Origin: a virus
Taxonomy: Duplodnaviria > Caudoviricetes
Strand: one strand, 5' to 3'
Length of the DNA stretch: 64,000 nt
Virus record (IMG/VR): IMGVR_UViG_2636415918_000004
Coordinates: 5,442-69,441 of that record
This document shows positions 1 through 9,623 of this stretch, in pieces. Below the pieces are notes generated by a model that saw only the letters and a program-made list of their open reading frames with translations, was not told the origin of the DNA and searched no databases. The translations under genes were made by a program, and so were the position numbers. Within the stretch, counting starts at the first letter, position 1; each line of letters opens with the position of its first letter.

Positions 1-270
1 TAATTCAGGATTAGAGTTCTCAAACGGCGTTTGCCATTGGCTTTCAAAACTAATATCCCCATCAGTCAAGAATGCTCGAATTGTAGGCTGTGACAAGTCG
101 TACGAGAAAATTGGTTCTTTAGTTTCTGCATCACGTTCCATCGTGCATAGATTAAACTCAGCAAATTTATGTTTAGACACATAACCCCAGAATGGATCAG
201 CACTATAATCCACGGGTAAAGTTGTCTTATCAGCATTTGCTGCCTGAACACCATTGATGTCATTTGCCAT
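1..270 (-). CDS. Phage structural protein (probably tail/baseplate), 5' part only; runs off the window
   Basis: Read by hand: ATG at 270 gives 90 open codons MANDINGVQAANADK...FESQWQTPFENSNPEL to the window edge; preceded by the late promoter/hairpin motif. Not in the ORF track. Confidence 0.75.
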   Translation of the reverse strand, partial: MANDINGVQAANADKTTLPVDYSADPFWGYVSKHKFAEFNLCTMERDAETKEPIFSYDLSQPTIRAFLTDGDISFESQWQTPFENSNPEL

Positions 271-295
271 AAAAAAGCCCTATCTTAATAAGGCT

Positions 296-337
296 ATTTT
301 TGATCTATTTGAATAAGTAAAAATAAACAAGTTCCAA
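296..337 (-). promoter_or_regulatory. Putative late promoter TTGGAAC-N29-AAAAAT with hairpin over the RBS
   Basis: gttccaa at 331-337, attttt at 296-301, inverted repeat aaaaaagcc/ggctatttt directly before the ATG at 270. Confidence 0.75.
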
Positions 338-3300
338 TCATGCAGCTTGTAAAGTGGCTTCGAACTCTTTAATTTTCTTAATGATCTCAGCTGACTTGTT
401 ATAAGCCATTACGACTTCTCCAAATTGATTTACTTCAGCAAACCAATAGCTTGTTAAAATCTTTTTAATGTAATCAACGTTTAATCCATCGCCATTAAAA
501 ACATAGTTGCTACGTTCAGTTCGCATATATAAACCATAATGCTCAAGCTGCTCATCGATTCTTAATTTTCGTGGTTTGACCTGTGCATCACGAATAAGTT
601 CAAAAAGTTGTTCAGGACTTTCTGCATGTGAGAAATTCATATTTTTAGGATAAGTTGGTGCATCTTCTGGACTTGTGTGCCTTTCAATAATCACAATACG
701 AGTATTAACACCGGTTCCAGCATTTCTAAATGTACTTAAAGGTAATGTGATTTCACCAACTTGATAAGCTTCTTTTTCGTTTGCAATCCAACTAGAAAGC
801 TTTTCATCCATTGCACCACGAGGAATGAGTGCCACGATTCGACCACCATCATATAAGTGTTGGAACGCTTTCTGAACATGCTTAATTGCCAAGGAACCAG
901 CATTTCCAAACGGCGGATTCATCACAATTGCATGATACTTGTTATTAGTACCGTGGACCTCAAAACCACTAACAATTACATTCGCACCTGTATTTGCCAT
1001 TTTTGCACGACTTGCCAATGATTCAGTTGGTTCAATCATGGTCAGGTTGACATCATTAGGCGCAAATCGCCCTATTGCCCCATCGCCTGCGCTTGGTTCA
1101 AGTACATCATCGCCCTTATGTACACCTGCCCATTCGAGCATTTTTAAACCTAGCGGTTCAGGCGTTGCATACCACTCTTTACCCTCACGATTATTTCGGC
1201 TTTCGGTACGCTTACCTTTTGCATAGTAATAAGTCATCGCTTTGTCGAAAGGAGATAAACGCGCAATACGTGCATTTTCTTCATCGTAAGCTTTCCCACC
1301 TACGCCATCCATAAGTGAAGGCTCATGATATTCGGCTTCTTCATATGCTTCGATAAGCGCTTGCTTAATACTCACTAAAGCATCTTCGCCCTTGGCTAAG
1401 TTATCTACTGTCTCAGCTCGCCCTGCGATAGTTTCAGCAAATGCAGTCCGTTCCCAGTTTGTGCCTGTAGTAAAATAACGCTGAATCGCATTCGAAGCTT
1501 GCCCAACTCGATAAATACGCCCTTCAGTTTGACGAAGCTTGGCTGGCTTAATAGGTTGGCCAATGTTGATATTCACCCGTTGATGTGTCCCAGTTGTATC
1601 ATGCAGTGAGATACCAGTAGAACCTGCATCTGATTGAACGATCAAAATATCAAAACCACTATTATCCTGGTTAAATAGATCAACGTTTTTTTGACGATCT
1701 TTCTTAGAAACACGGCCATTAAATAACAATGCATTTGGGAAAGCACGGCGTAGTGTTACTAGTGGAGAATTATAATTACAATTTAAGCGGACTAAATCAG
1801 ATCGTTCTTGAGCAAACTCTTGATATTGTGCAGCTGCATCTTCGTTATATTTACCATCAATCGATTTAAATTGATCATCTGTAAACGCAAACGGTCTAAA
1901 ACCTCCACCATCGTTATAATCGTGGAAAATAATTACTTTTCGCCCTAAAGCTAAATTCTTTTTGAAAAATGGAATGCCTTCTTCTGCTTTAATTGCCTCA
2001 AGCAACCGTCGGCGCGAAAGATAGTCAAATCGCTTATTCACGAGGCTACTCAAATCAGAGAATCGACTATTTCCATTGGCATCTTTAGCATCCCAAAGGT
2101 AGTCCAAACCTTCATCAATTTTTTGACCAATGTTAGATTTGATCAATACAAATTTACGGTCATAATCAAATTTTAATTCTAGTTCACGTCCAGCCAATGC
2201 CCCATTAGATTTCAGGCTTTCAGCAAATTGTCTTTCAAAAACACCTTGGTCAACTCCCCCATCTGGACGGGTCAATTTGTTATATCTCATTCTATAGCCG
2301 AAATTAGACATATAGAATCGCTCACGCGCACCGCCTGAATTGTATCCACCAGAAGAATTATTACTAAATTGCGATTCTGGTGATGTAAAATTAAAGAGAT
2401 AACCCTCAGCCCAATCCACTGTTTTGATATAGGAAAATGGTGTTGCAGATAGGAAAACGACTTTTGCACGTTTCCCAGATTGTTCTGTCCAATTCTTTTC
2501 CCATTCAACCTTATAATCATGGATAAAAGCATTCCAATCATTGATCATCTCATCGGTACGTTCTTCCTCAGGTAATGCATAAGGATCTCGCTCAGAAAAC
2601 CGCATTTTTGCCCAAGTGTAGAAACCTGCATGATGCCCAGATAAAGCCCTTAAGTTATCTAATGCAGTGGTTACTTCACCGTCCGCGCTTTGCATTAATG
2701 TATGTGCTTCATCAACAATGATAAGGTCCCAATCTTTCTTACCTAAAGATTTATTTTGACCAAAGTTTGCATATGTTGTGACAACAACATTTGAATTACT
2801 ACCATTGTCTTGAATGCTTGATAATTGATGTATATCAATATTTAAAGGCTTACCTGACTTCACAAAGTCACGAGCAATTTTGTCGCTTAAAGTAATAATT
2901 AGAATATTTTGAGCACCAGAATTTAAGAATCGTTTGACGGTTCCCAAACCAGTGAAGGTTTTCCCAGTACCTGTACCATTGGTAAATAACATGCCGTTGC
3001 CATTATCAATGATTAAACGTTTTTCAGCTTTGACAATATCATCACATTGTTCGGGTAACAGATAAGGTAATGCTTCACTGATATTTTCAGGATCTCCCCA
3101 TTCTGTAGGCGTTCCCTCTGCCTCAGCTTGTAATTTAGCTTTACCTTCTAACTCAACTCTAACTGACTTAGCAGATTGAATAATTGATTTATTTCGCTTG
3201 TCTCTAGTAGGTGATCCTGAGTTAAAAATCGCACGGCTTCCGCTGCTGTCATCCCCTGCAAGACTGGTTGGACTTCCCCCATTTGAAGGTTCATTTCCTC

Positions 3301-4048
3301 TATTTCCTGCGCCAAGTAAACCTGCATCATGATTTTCTGATATGCCAATACCACTGTTTCGGTATAGCCCTTGCTCAATAGAAGCTGTTCCTGTTGTTGA
3401 AGGCGTTGCTCCATCTCCATTTGATTCAGATTGAGGAATTGCTGATCTTCCTGATCCGCGACGAAGTTCGCTAAGTTGTGCCAAATCTGAATCGGTATCT
3501 GTAACATTAGAGAAAACCTCTTTAATTAATTGCTGATCATCTGTAAGTAATGAATCTGGTAATTCGAGAATATGCTTTGCACGGATTAGTGTGTGTTGGT
3601 TATAAATAAAGGCATATGGATCGTATTCTTTTGCTGTTTTGACAGGTACGCCAGCTAAAGAAATTACAAGTAGCGACTTCCCTTTTTTGGTGATGTATTC
3701 GACAAGCTCTTGCTCACAAGCATAATAAGCAATTGCTTGATTTAGTTTAGCAATTGGTTCATTGGCCGTTTGTTTAACGATATAAGCTTGTAAATTAGAG
3801 TCTAGTTTTTGGACTGAATCATTTAAAACATAGTCAGCAACTTGACCAAGATATTGATTATCTTTGTCTGTTTCTGCGAATGATAAGATTTTTTTTGCTT
3901 CGCCCAAATCAATTTCAATTTCACCAGAAATGATTCTTTTAAAGTAAATAGTTATTTCATCTATGCTTTGTAACGTTTGAATTAATTGATCAAGCGAACT
4001 AAGAACATTTGATGGTTTTAAGGCAAAGTTATTTTCAAATATGGACAT
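338..4048 (-). CDS. darB: DarB-like internal virion antirestriction protein: SF2 helicase followed by N6-adenine methyltransferase
   Basis: Helicase motifs NGTGTGKT, IVDEAH, LSATP, QTEGRIYR; methyltransferase motifs YATP, VLEPSAGDG, MNPPF; next to darA/ddrB-like genes. Confidence 0.75.
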   Translation of the reverse strand: MSIFENNFALKPSNVLSSLDQLIQTLQSIDEITIYFKRIISGEIEIDLGEAKKILSFAETDKDNQYLGQVADYVLNDSVQKLDSNLQAYIVKQTANEPIAKLNQAIAYYACEQELVEYITKKGKSLLVISLAGVPVKTAKEYDPYAFIYNQHTLIRAKHILELPDSLLTDDQQLIKEVFSNVTDTDSDLAQLSELRRGSGRSAIPQSESNGDGATPSTTGTASIEQGLYRNSGIGISENHDAGLLGAGNRGNEPSNGGSPTSLAGDDSSGSRAIFNSGSPTRDKRNKSIIQSAKSVRVELEGKAKLQAEAEGTPTEWGDPENISEALPYLLPEQCDDIVKAEKRLIIDNGNGMLFTNGTGTGKTFTGLGTVKRFLNSGAQNILIITLSDKIARDFVKSGKPLNIDIHQLSSIQDNGSNSNVVVTTYANFGQNKSLGKKDWDLIIVDEAHTLMQSADGEVTTALDNLRALSGHHAGFYTWAKMRFSERDPYALPEEERTDEMINDWNAFIHDYKVEWEKNWTEQSGKRAKVVFLSATPFSYIKTVDWAEGYLFNFTSPESQFSNNSSGGYNSGGARERFYMSNFGYRMRYNKLTRPDGGVDQGVFERQFAESLKSNGALAGRELELKFDYDRKFVLIKSNIGQKIDEGLDYLWDAKDANGNSRFSDLSSLVNKRFDYLSRRRLLEAIKAEEGIPFFKKNLALGRKVIIFHDYNDGGGFRPFAFTDDQFKSIDGKYNEDAAAQYQEFAQERSDLVRLNCNYNSPLVTLRRAFPNALLFNGRVSKKDRQKNVDLFNQDNSGFDILIVQSDAGSTGISLHDTTGTHQRVNINIGQPIKPAKLRQTEGRIYRVGQASNAIQRYFTTGTNWERTAFAETIAGRAETVDNLAKGEDALVSIKQALIEAYEEAEYHEPSLMDGVGGKAYDEENARIARLSPFDKAMTYYYAKGKRTESRNNREGKEWYATPEPLGLKMLEWAGVHKGDDVLEPSAGDGAIGRFAPNDVNLTMIEPTESLASRAKMANTGANVIVSGFEVHGTNNKYHAIVMNPPFGNAGSLAIKHVQKAFQHLYDGGRIVALIPRGAMDEKLSSWIANEKEAYQVGEITLPLSTFRNAGTGVNTRIVIIERHTSPEDAPTYPKNMNFSHAESPEQLFELIRDAQVKPRKLRIDEQLEHYGLYMRTERSNYVFNGDGLNVDYIKKILTSYWFAEVNQFGEVVMAYNKSAEIIKKIKEFEATLQAA

Positions 4049-4081
4049 ACAACCCTCAACATGGGATTTTTTAACATCCTC

Positions 4082-4122
4082 ATGTTAAAGGCAGTAAAGT
4101 GTATGATTTTTATAACGTTCCA
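4082..4122 (-). promoter_or_regulatory. Putative late promoter TGGAAC-N29-TAACAT (darB-like gene)
   Basis: gttcca at 4117-4122, atgtta at 4082-4087, inverted repeat aacatggga/tcctcatgtt. Confidence 0.7.
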
Positions 4123-4137
4123 TTTAAATTTAAATAA

Positions 4138-5508
4138 TTAATATTCTTCATCTAACAATTCTTCTAATAAGGCTATACCTGATTTTCCAGAGCGTTGAAC
4201 AAAATCAAAAACTTTTTCTATTGATGTATATACGACTTTTTGAGTTTGATGCAGGCTGACACTTTCTTTCATATAGGTAACATTAAACTTATTTAATTCG
4301 TCCTTGGACTTAGGAGGTTCAGATTCAATTGGAATAGCATCATTTTCGAAAATATCTATATTTGAATCAAATGAATATATTTCAACTTCGATCGGTTTTT
4401 TAGGAAAAAGTACAATGTTAGTACCTATTTCAGATTGTGTTGATTTAAATGAAATACCATCGAAGTTTTCAGGATGCATATATGCTAAATATTCCGCTAA
4501 GACTTGTGTTATTAGATATTCGTCCTCGTGACCATTTACTATTGGAGAACTAATTAATTTATGTAATTTCTTCAAAAACCTTCGATGTGCAGATTGATCT
4601 TGGTAATCTGAGGCAAAATAACTTATAAGCCCATATGAATTTTCTAAATATTCAAAATTTAGAATTTTCAGTTCTCTTGTAGTTTCAAACTCGCCTACTA
4701 CAATATAACTTCCGATTGATGGACGCATTTCAGCTATACAAGTGTCTGCATCAAATGCTCCATAGAAATTTGATATACCTTTAGCATTCATTCGTCCTTG
4801 CTGAGCATATTCAATCGGTGGTGGAGCTAGTTCTTGAATCGGGTTTAAAATATAACGTTCACTTTCACTAAGTGAATTTGCTCTACGTGCTCTATAAATC
4901 TTCGTGTTAATTGGGAGTAATTCTATTACATTTATTTTTTCATGACTAAACCCACCATTTTTATTTTCAACTTGTATAAAACACCATAATTTATTTAAAT
5001 CTTTAAAAAGGAACTCAAATAATTTTCTAGCATTATCACTAAAAAATCTTCGTTGAGTTTTGAGTTCTTCAACAAGCCAGTACCATTGCCCTTGAAGATT
5101 TAAAAAATCATATCTATTTTCCACATAATTTTTATCTTCAGAGAAAAATGGTTCATCACAATCATCTGGATGCCAATATTCAGAATCAATTATCAAATCT
5201 ACCAATTTTTCTGCAAATGAAATTTCAAATCCCATAATCTCATCTACAACTTCTTGAAGGCTCAACCCTCTTTGAACTAATTCAAAAGCTTTATAATCCT
5301 TATTAAAATATGGTACATGATTACCAATTCTGAAATTTTCCTCTATTACTTTTTTTAATAATTCAGCTAAGTCTTCACAACCAATAGCTATATTTCTTTT
5401 CTCACACTCTGAACAATTATGTGTTTCATTTTTTTCTTTAATTATCTCTTCTAAAATTTCATCATGTACACAATTGATACATATTGAAAAATCTACTTCA
5501 CTGTCCAT
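4138..5508 (-). CDS. RES-domain protein with Cys-rich N-terminal domain; AT-rich moron
   Basis: IYRAR, GRMNAKGISNFYGA, TCIAEMRP, EYLITQVLAEYL and DGISFKS match the R-E-S family; N-terminal CxxC...CxxC. Confidence 0.85.
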   Translation of the reverse strand: MDSEVDFSICINCVHDEILEEIIKEKNETHNCSECEKRNIAIGCEDLAELLKKVIEENFRIGNHVPYFNKDYKAFELVQRGLSLQEVVDEIMGFEISFAEKLVDLIIDSEYWHPDDCDEPFFSEDKNYVENRYDFLNLQGQWYWLVEELKTQRRFFSDNARKLFEFLFKDLNKLWCFIQVENKNGGFSHEKINVIELLPINTKIYRARRANSLSESERYILNPIQELAPPPIEYAQQGRMNAKGISNFYGAFDADTCIAEMRPSIGSYIVVGEFETTRELKILNFEYLENSYGLISYFASDYQDQSAHRRFLKKLHKLISSPIVNGHEDEYLITQVLAEYLAYMHPENFDGISFKSTQSEIGTNIVLFPKKPIEVEIYSFDSNIDIFENDAIPIESEPPKSKDELNKFNVTYMKESVSLHQTQKVVYTSIEKVFDFVQRSGKSGIALLEELLDEEY

Positions 5509-5576
5509 GTTTAACTCAATTCTTTAAGTTATTTAAAAATAAATAAAACCTATCGAATAATCAATATTGTTTCTAA

Positions 5577-5609
5577 TAAGCCTAAATTAATTTTTAAAAA
5601 TTTAGGCTT
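5577..5609. terminator. Hairpin between the ddrB-like gene and the RES gene
   Basis: aagcctaaatt...aatttaggctt inverted repeat. Confidence 0.45.
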
Positions 5610-5638
5610 CAGTCTATTAAAGAAATAAATATATCAAC

Positions 5639-8600
5639 TTATGTTACATAAAGAATATCAAAAAATGGATTCGATATATTATCGAAACTATTCACTAAAC
5701 TTTTCTCTAATTCATCCAAAATAAGTGCAGCTAAAGCAACGGGATCAACTTTCGAACCAGCTTGCATAATAGCATTTTGAATTATTGATTTTGATACATC
5801 CTTACCATCAAAAATGATTGCTGGAATAAATCTTTCATGTCTTTGATTGGCCAACTTGATTCGATCTAAACCAATGACAAGATGATATTTCCCGTGTGTT
5901 TCAAGCACTACAATCGGGTCCTCTTTGTCAATTTTACTTTCAACTATCTTAGGTGCATTTTCAATGATTACTTGATCTATAGGGATGTGATCATAGCTTC
6001 CATCTCTAGCCCAAGAATCGAATTCTGACCAAGTATGTTGAATCTTCTTCAACAAATCAGCCATAGATATTTTCTTAATGCCTCCTAAGCCCTGCCAACC
6101 TTTTTCATAATTTGATAAATAAATTTCCTTCGCTTCTTCTTTTGATTCAGCACCAATAATGACTTTTTGCTCATCGAAATGCCCGTTATTATCTAACTGT
6201 TTGATGATATAGGCGCATTTAGGTTCAACGGCCAAATGATTTTTCACAAAAACATCAATTTCATCACCATCTGCACCAGTAGTATTTTCAATAAAACCAT
6301 AGTGATGCTTCATCGTGATTTGCCATTCATTCCCGTTAGGGTCAGTTCCTGAACGGATTGAACCTGCTGGATTCTCAATAGCAATTTTTAAATCACCAAT
6401 CGATAAATGCCCTTTTTGATATTCACCAGATTGCTTTTGTTCTGCTGTTGGAAAGTCTAAATCATTATGAGGTGATGTAGCTGCAGCATGTGCTTTTTCA
6501 TCTATTGATGTAAGTGAATCAATAGAATCAAACATGCTCAGATTGGCATTATCACCATAATTATCCTCAATCACTTTCACGGCGTAATTGATTGCGTCTT
6601 TGATGCTGACAGGTTCAGGTTCACCAAAAAGCCCCATGTTTTGCCCATCAATCGCTTCTTTTTCTGCAAACTCTGCCATTGCTTTGAATAGCAAACTCAT
6701 CTTTTTGGCGCTGCGACTATTCTTAGATAAGAATACTGCAAGCTCTGGCACGCCTTCGCCTAGATCACCAAATAAACCCTGTTGTTTTACAAATTCAACA
6801 ATATCTTGATCATTTTGCTTTGCAGCTAAGATCGTATTCGCTGCATCAATAATTGCATTTGTCACACGCTTATCAAGTGCTTGCTCAATACCATCAACGA
6901 TAGAACTTGAAACATCCTGCACATCACCACGGCTGACGGCTTGCGCTTCAATAAATTTTGGAGCTGCTGCACCTAATGCATTTAGCATATTTTGCAAATC
7001 TGGCTTCGTTTGGTCTGCCATCATTTCAAGAAGTCGGTCATCATTATAAGCTTTGCTGAATATTGCAGCTTTCATACGTGTGACTAATGCTTGTGTTGGC
7101 TTTCCATCTGTCCCGATATATTGAGCTGCTTCCGTTTCACCTAAAGACTTTAAAAATCCTTGGATAAACTTCTGATTACTTGCAGTGATTAGGTCGCCAT
7201 CTTCACCAGGTGTAAACAATGACAATAGGTTCTCATCTAATCGACTTGCATCAGTTTTTGCTCGTTCAGTCGCGCTAAATGACAACTTATCATCTTGATT
7301 GGCTTCTACTGTGAATTGAATACGATCAATTTCAGAGGTGCGAATACGCACAAGGATAGGCTGTTTAAATTGGTTGATTTGATCCGCACTAAAGCCAAAA
7401 TATTCTGCTTCATCAATCAACCATTCTTTGTACTCATCAGCATTTCCGCGCTCATATGCAAGCTGGATTGCCATAGTACGGCCATTGCCAGACTCAACCA
7501 CCAGATCATCACCAATGATAGGCGCTCCCGTATCCGCACGACCTGATCGTCCTAAGCTTTCAGGATCTAAAGTATTTGAAGTTTTTTGCACCCACGCTTG
7601 GGAAGATTCTCGACTACGATCTCGTGGTTGAAGTTCTTGAGGATAATTAGGATTTTCCGTCCCTGTAGCCGTATGTGAAGCAATCACTTGATCAGCTTCT
7701 AATACAGCAAATACAGTTGATACTTTGGTTCCTTTAGCTGTTTTAACGTTGTTAGATCGACCATGGAACACATGATTGACAGTCAAAGCCCTATAAAGTA
7801 TATTTAATAAACGGTCACGACCTCCAGTTTCAATCCTACCCTTTGATTTATCAAAGATCGGACTGGTCATAAGGGTTGTGGCCTTTTTGTTTGCGCTTTC
7901 TATAACTTCAACAGCAACTGTATAAAATCTTGGCGGTTCATTTCTTATAGTTAAGTCTTGGCGTAATCGTAAGACTAAATAATATTTTTCCCCATCTATT
8001 AAAATTGGTGCAGCAGCAACAATATTTTTAATTGGCTTACCCTCATCATCACGCGAAACATCCAAAACTTTTACTTTTTCCATGATTTCAGGTAAGGCTG
8101 GAATCGCTTGAATATCTATCGGATGTGGTTTGTGGTTCATAGCATTTTTTATACCACGAGGCGAAAGAACAATATCCCCCAATTGTTCATTATGAAATAC
8201 ACCATCATGACCATTGTTTGAAAGCCATGTCCTAAACCAGTCCACAGCTCCATTAATCAATTTTCCGTTGCTGTCTGGTTTAATTTGTCCAGACTGAATT
8301 GAGCTGACTGGCTGATTAGTTAAGAATTTATAAATTTCAAAACGATTGTTTTCAAACGCTTCGATCAACTTATCAATTGTGCCAAGCGGATCGTGATTAT
8401 CTAATTCGATTGAATCGAAGCTTGAAATGCTACTAGAGTTTTTCTTCTTTAAATTAGTTTCAGCCCAAGATTCAGGTATTTTTTTACCTTGTTTCTCCAA
8501 GATTTCTAAAAGTTTTGGATAATCAGATTTCCCAAACAATTCAGAAAATTCAATTTTATTGTCATAGACGGCACTATCATTTATTAAAAATGATTTTGGT

Positions 8601-9238
8601 TTTTTATCACGACTAAAATTAATCTTTGAAATGGATGTCTTACCAAACTGAAATGGAAATTCTTTTGGTTGTAAAATTATCCATAAATCAGCAGCTCTTT
8701 TTTCTAATTTGTTTTTTTCACTTTCTGCTTTTTCATTCGCAAGCGCATTAATTTGGTCCATATTACGTGCAGCGATAACTTTGTTATAAATAAAGTTTGG
8801 TGCGAAATCTCTAATCCAACTTTCTATTTTTTCAGCAACTTGATCATAAGCATTGCCACGTCTGTTAGCTTGTTTAGAATTAAAGTTAGAACGTCCGGCC
8901 ATAAAAGATGAATAAACACCACTTCGGCTGTTTGCCAGTGTCTTAATTTTATCAATATAAGTATTTTGTAGGAGGGTTAGCGCATCATCAAAAGCTTGTT
9001 GTTGTTCAGGTGTTTCAACTTCTGGTAAAGCTTTTTCAATTGCTCTTTTAATGGTAAGGGTATAATTTTTCTTATAGTCCTGAGCGATTGCTTCGGAATA
9101 ACGAGATGAATGATAAAATGCCTGATTAACCATTTCCAGTGGAAACGGAATAAAGGTATTACTTCTTAGTACACTTAGAATTGAATCTAATGTTTCTCTA
9201 ACATCATCTTTCTTAAATATTTGATTAATTTTGCTCAT
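5639..9238 (-). CDS. ddrB: DdrB-like large polyvalent virion protein (N-terminal helical domain, LPD3-like domain, ddrB-type ParB-like domain, inorganic pyrophosphatase-like domain, C-terminal ParB-like domain)
   Basis: ELQPRDR...VESGNGR (ddrB ParB-like); IENPAGSIRSG...HYGFIENTTGADGDEIDVFV (PPase-like); RGIKNAMNH...APILIDGEKY (LPD3-like). Start moved to ATG 9238 because the ORF-track start at 9262 lies in the promoter hairpin. Confidence 0.7.
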   Translation of the reverse strand: MSKINQIFKKDDVRETLDSILSVLRSNTFIPFPLEMVNQAFYHSSRYSEAIAQDYKKNYTLTIKRAIEKALPEVETPEQQQAFDDALTLLQNTYIDKIKTLANSRSGVYSSFMAGRSNFNSKQANRRGNAYDQVAEKIESWIRDFAPNFIYNKVIAARNMDQINALANEKAESEKNKLEKRAADLWIILQPKEFPFQFGKTSISKINFSRDKKPKSFLINDSAVYDNKIEFSELFGKSDYPKLLEILEKQGKKIPESWAETNLKKKNSSSISSFDSIELDNHDPLGTIDKLIEAFENNRFEIYKFLTNQPVSSIQSGQIKPDSNGKLINGAVDWFRTWLSNNGHDGVFHNEQLGDIVLSPRGIKNAMNHKPHPIDIQAIPALPEIMEKVKVLDVSRDDEGKPIKNIVAAAPILIDGEKYYLVLRLRQDLTIRNEPPRFYTVAVEVIESANKKATTLMTSPIFDKSKGRIETGGRDRLLNILYRALTVNHVFHGRSNNVKTAKGTKVSTVFAVLEADQVIASHTATGTENPNYPQELQPRDRSRESSQAWVQKTSNTLDPESLGRSGRADTGAPIIGDDLVVESGNGRTMAIQLAYERGNADEYKEWLIDEAEYFGFSADQINQFKQPILVRIRTSEIDRIQFTVEANQDDKLSFSATERAKTDASRLDENLLSLFTPGEDGDLITASNQKFIQGFLKSLGETEAAQYIGTDGKPTQALVTRMKAAIFSKAYNDDRLLEMMADQTKPDLQNMLNALGAAAPKFIEAQAVSRGDVQDVSSSIVDGIEQALDKRVTNAIIDAANTILAAKQNDQDIVEFVKQQGLFGDLGEGVPELAVFLSKNSRSAKKMSLLFKAMAEFAEKEAIDGQNMGLFGEPEPVSIKDAINYAVKVIEDNYGDNANLSMFDSIDSLTSIDEKAHAAATSPHNDLDFPTAEQKQSGEYQKGHLSIGDLKIAIENPAGSIRSGTDPNGNEWQITMKHHYGFIENTTGADGDEIDVFVKNHLAVEPKCAYIIKQLDNNGHFDEQKVIIGAESKEEAKEIYLSNYEKGWQGLGGIKKISMADLLKKIQHTWSEFDSWARDGSYDHIPIDQVIIENAPKIVESKIDKEDPIVVLETHGKYHLVIGLDRIKLANQRHERFIPAIIFDGKDVSKSIIQNAIMQAGSKVDPVALAALILDELEKSLVNSFDNISNPFFDILYVT

Positions 9239-9270
9239 TTCACGCACAAAAAAATAGCCCATTTAGGACT

Positions 9271-9312
9271 ATTTTGAGAGGTTTAAGACTAGTTAGGCTT
9301 GCTATGTTCCAA
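9271..9312 (-). promoter_or_regulatory. Putative late promoter TTGGAAC-N29-CAAAAT (ddrB-like gene)
   Basis: gttccaa at 9306-9312 (inside the end of the upstream gene), attttg at 9271-9276, hairpin aaaatagccc/ggactatttt. Confidence 0.75.
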
Positions 9313-9610
9313 CCAACTCATTAACTTGAGTTATTAGAACATTAACGGCTTCAATCAATAACGGATCATTCAAATTCTTTTCAGCTTCACTACGAACTTG
9401 CTTAAGTAATTCAATGGATACTTTAACGTCACCATCAATAATAGACTGAAATAATTTATTGACTGATTGATTCGCCTGTCCGCCAAGTAACTCAATCAAT
9501 TCTCGCAATCGTTTTGTACTTTGAAGTTTTTCCATCCCCTTAAGATTCGGGATCTGTTCAAGTAAAGCACGTAGTTCTTTCGTGAGCTTTAATTTTTCTA
9601 AGGCATTCAT
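9302..9610 (-). CDS. Small dar-operon protein (helical repeats plus DarA C-terminus-like segment)
   Basis: Two xEKLxxTKxLRxL repeats; FQSIIDGDV...LLIEAVN resembles the DarA C-terminus; cotranscribed with darA. Confidence 0.6.
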   Translation of the reverse strand: MNALEKLKLTKELRALLEQIPNLKGMEKLQSTKRLRELIELLGGQANQSVNKLFQSIIDGDVKVSIELLKQVRSEAEKNLNDPLLIEAVNVLITQVNELVGT

Positions 9611-9623
9611 GTATTGCTATTCC

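Noticed and set aside
66-263. 65-aa ORF in the track
   Set aside because: Overlaps the better frame starting at 270, which has the late promoter and stays open to the window edge
4138-5508. FD motifs in the RES protein (SFDSN, AFDAD) as processing sites
   Set aside because: No late promoter or evidence of packaging; isolated FD matches occur by chance
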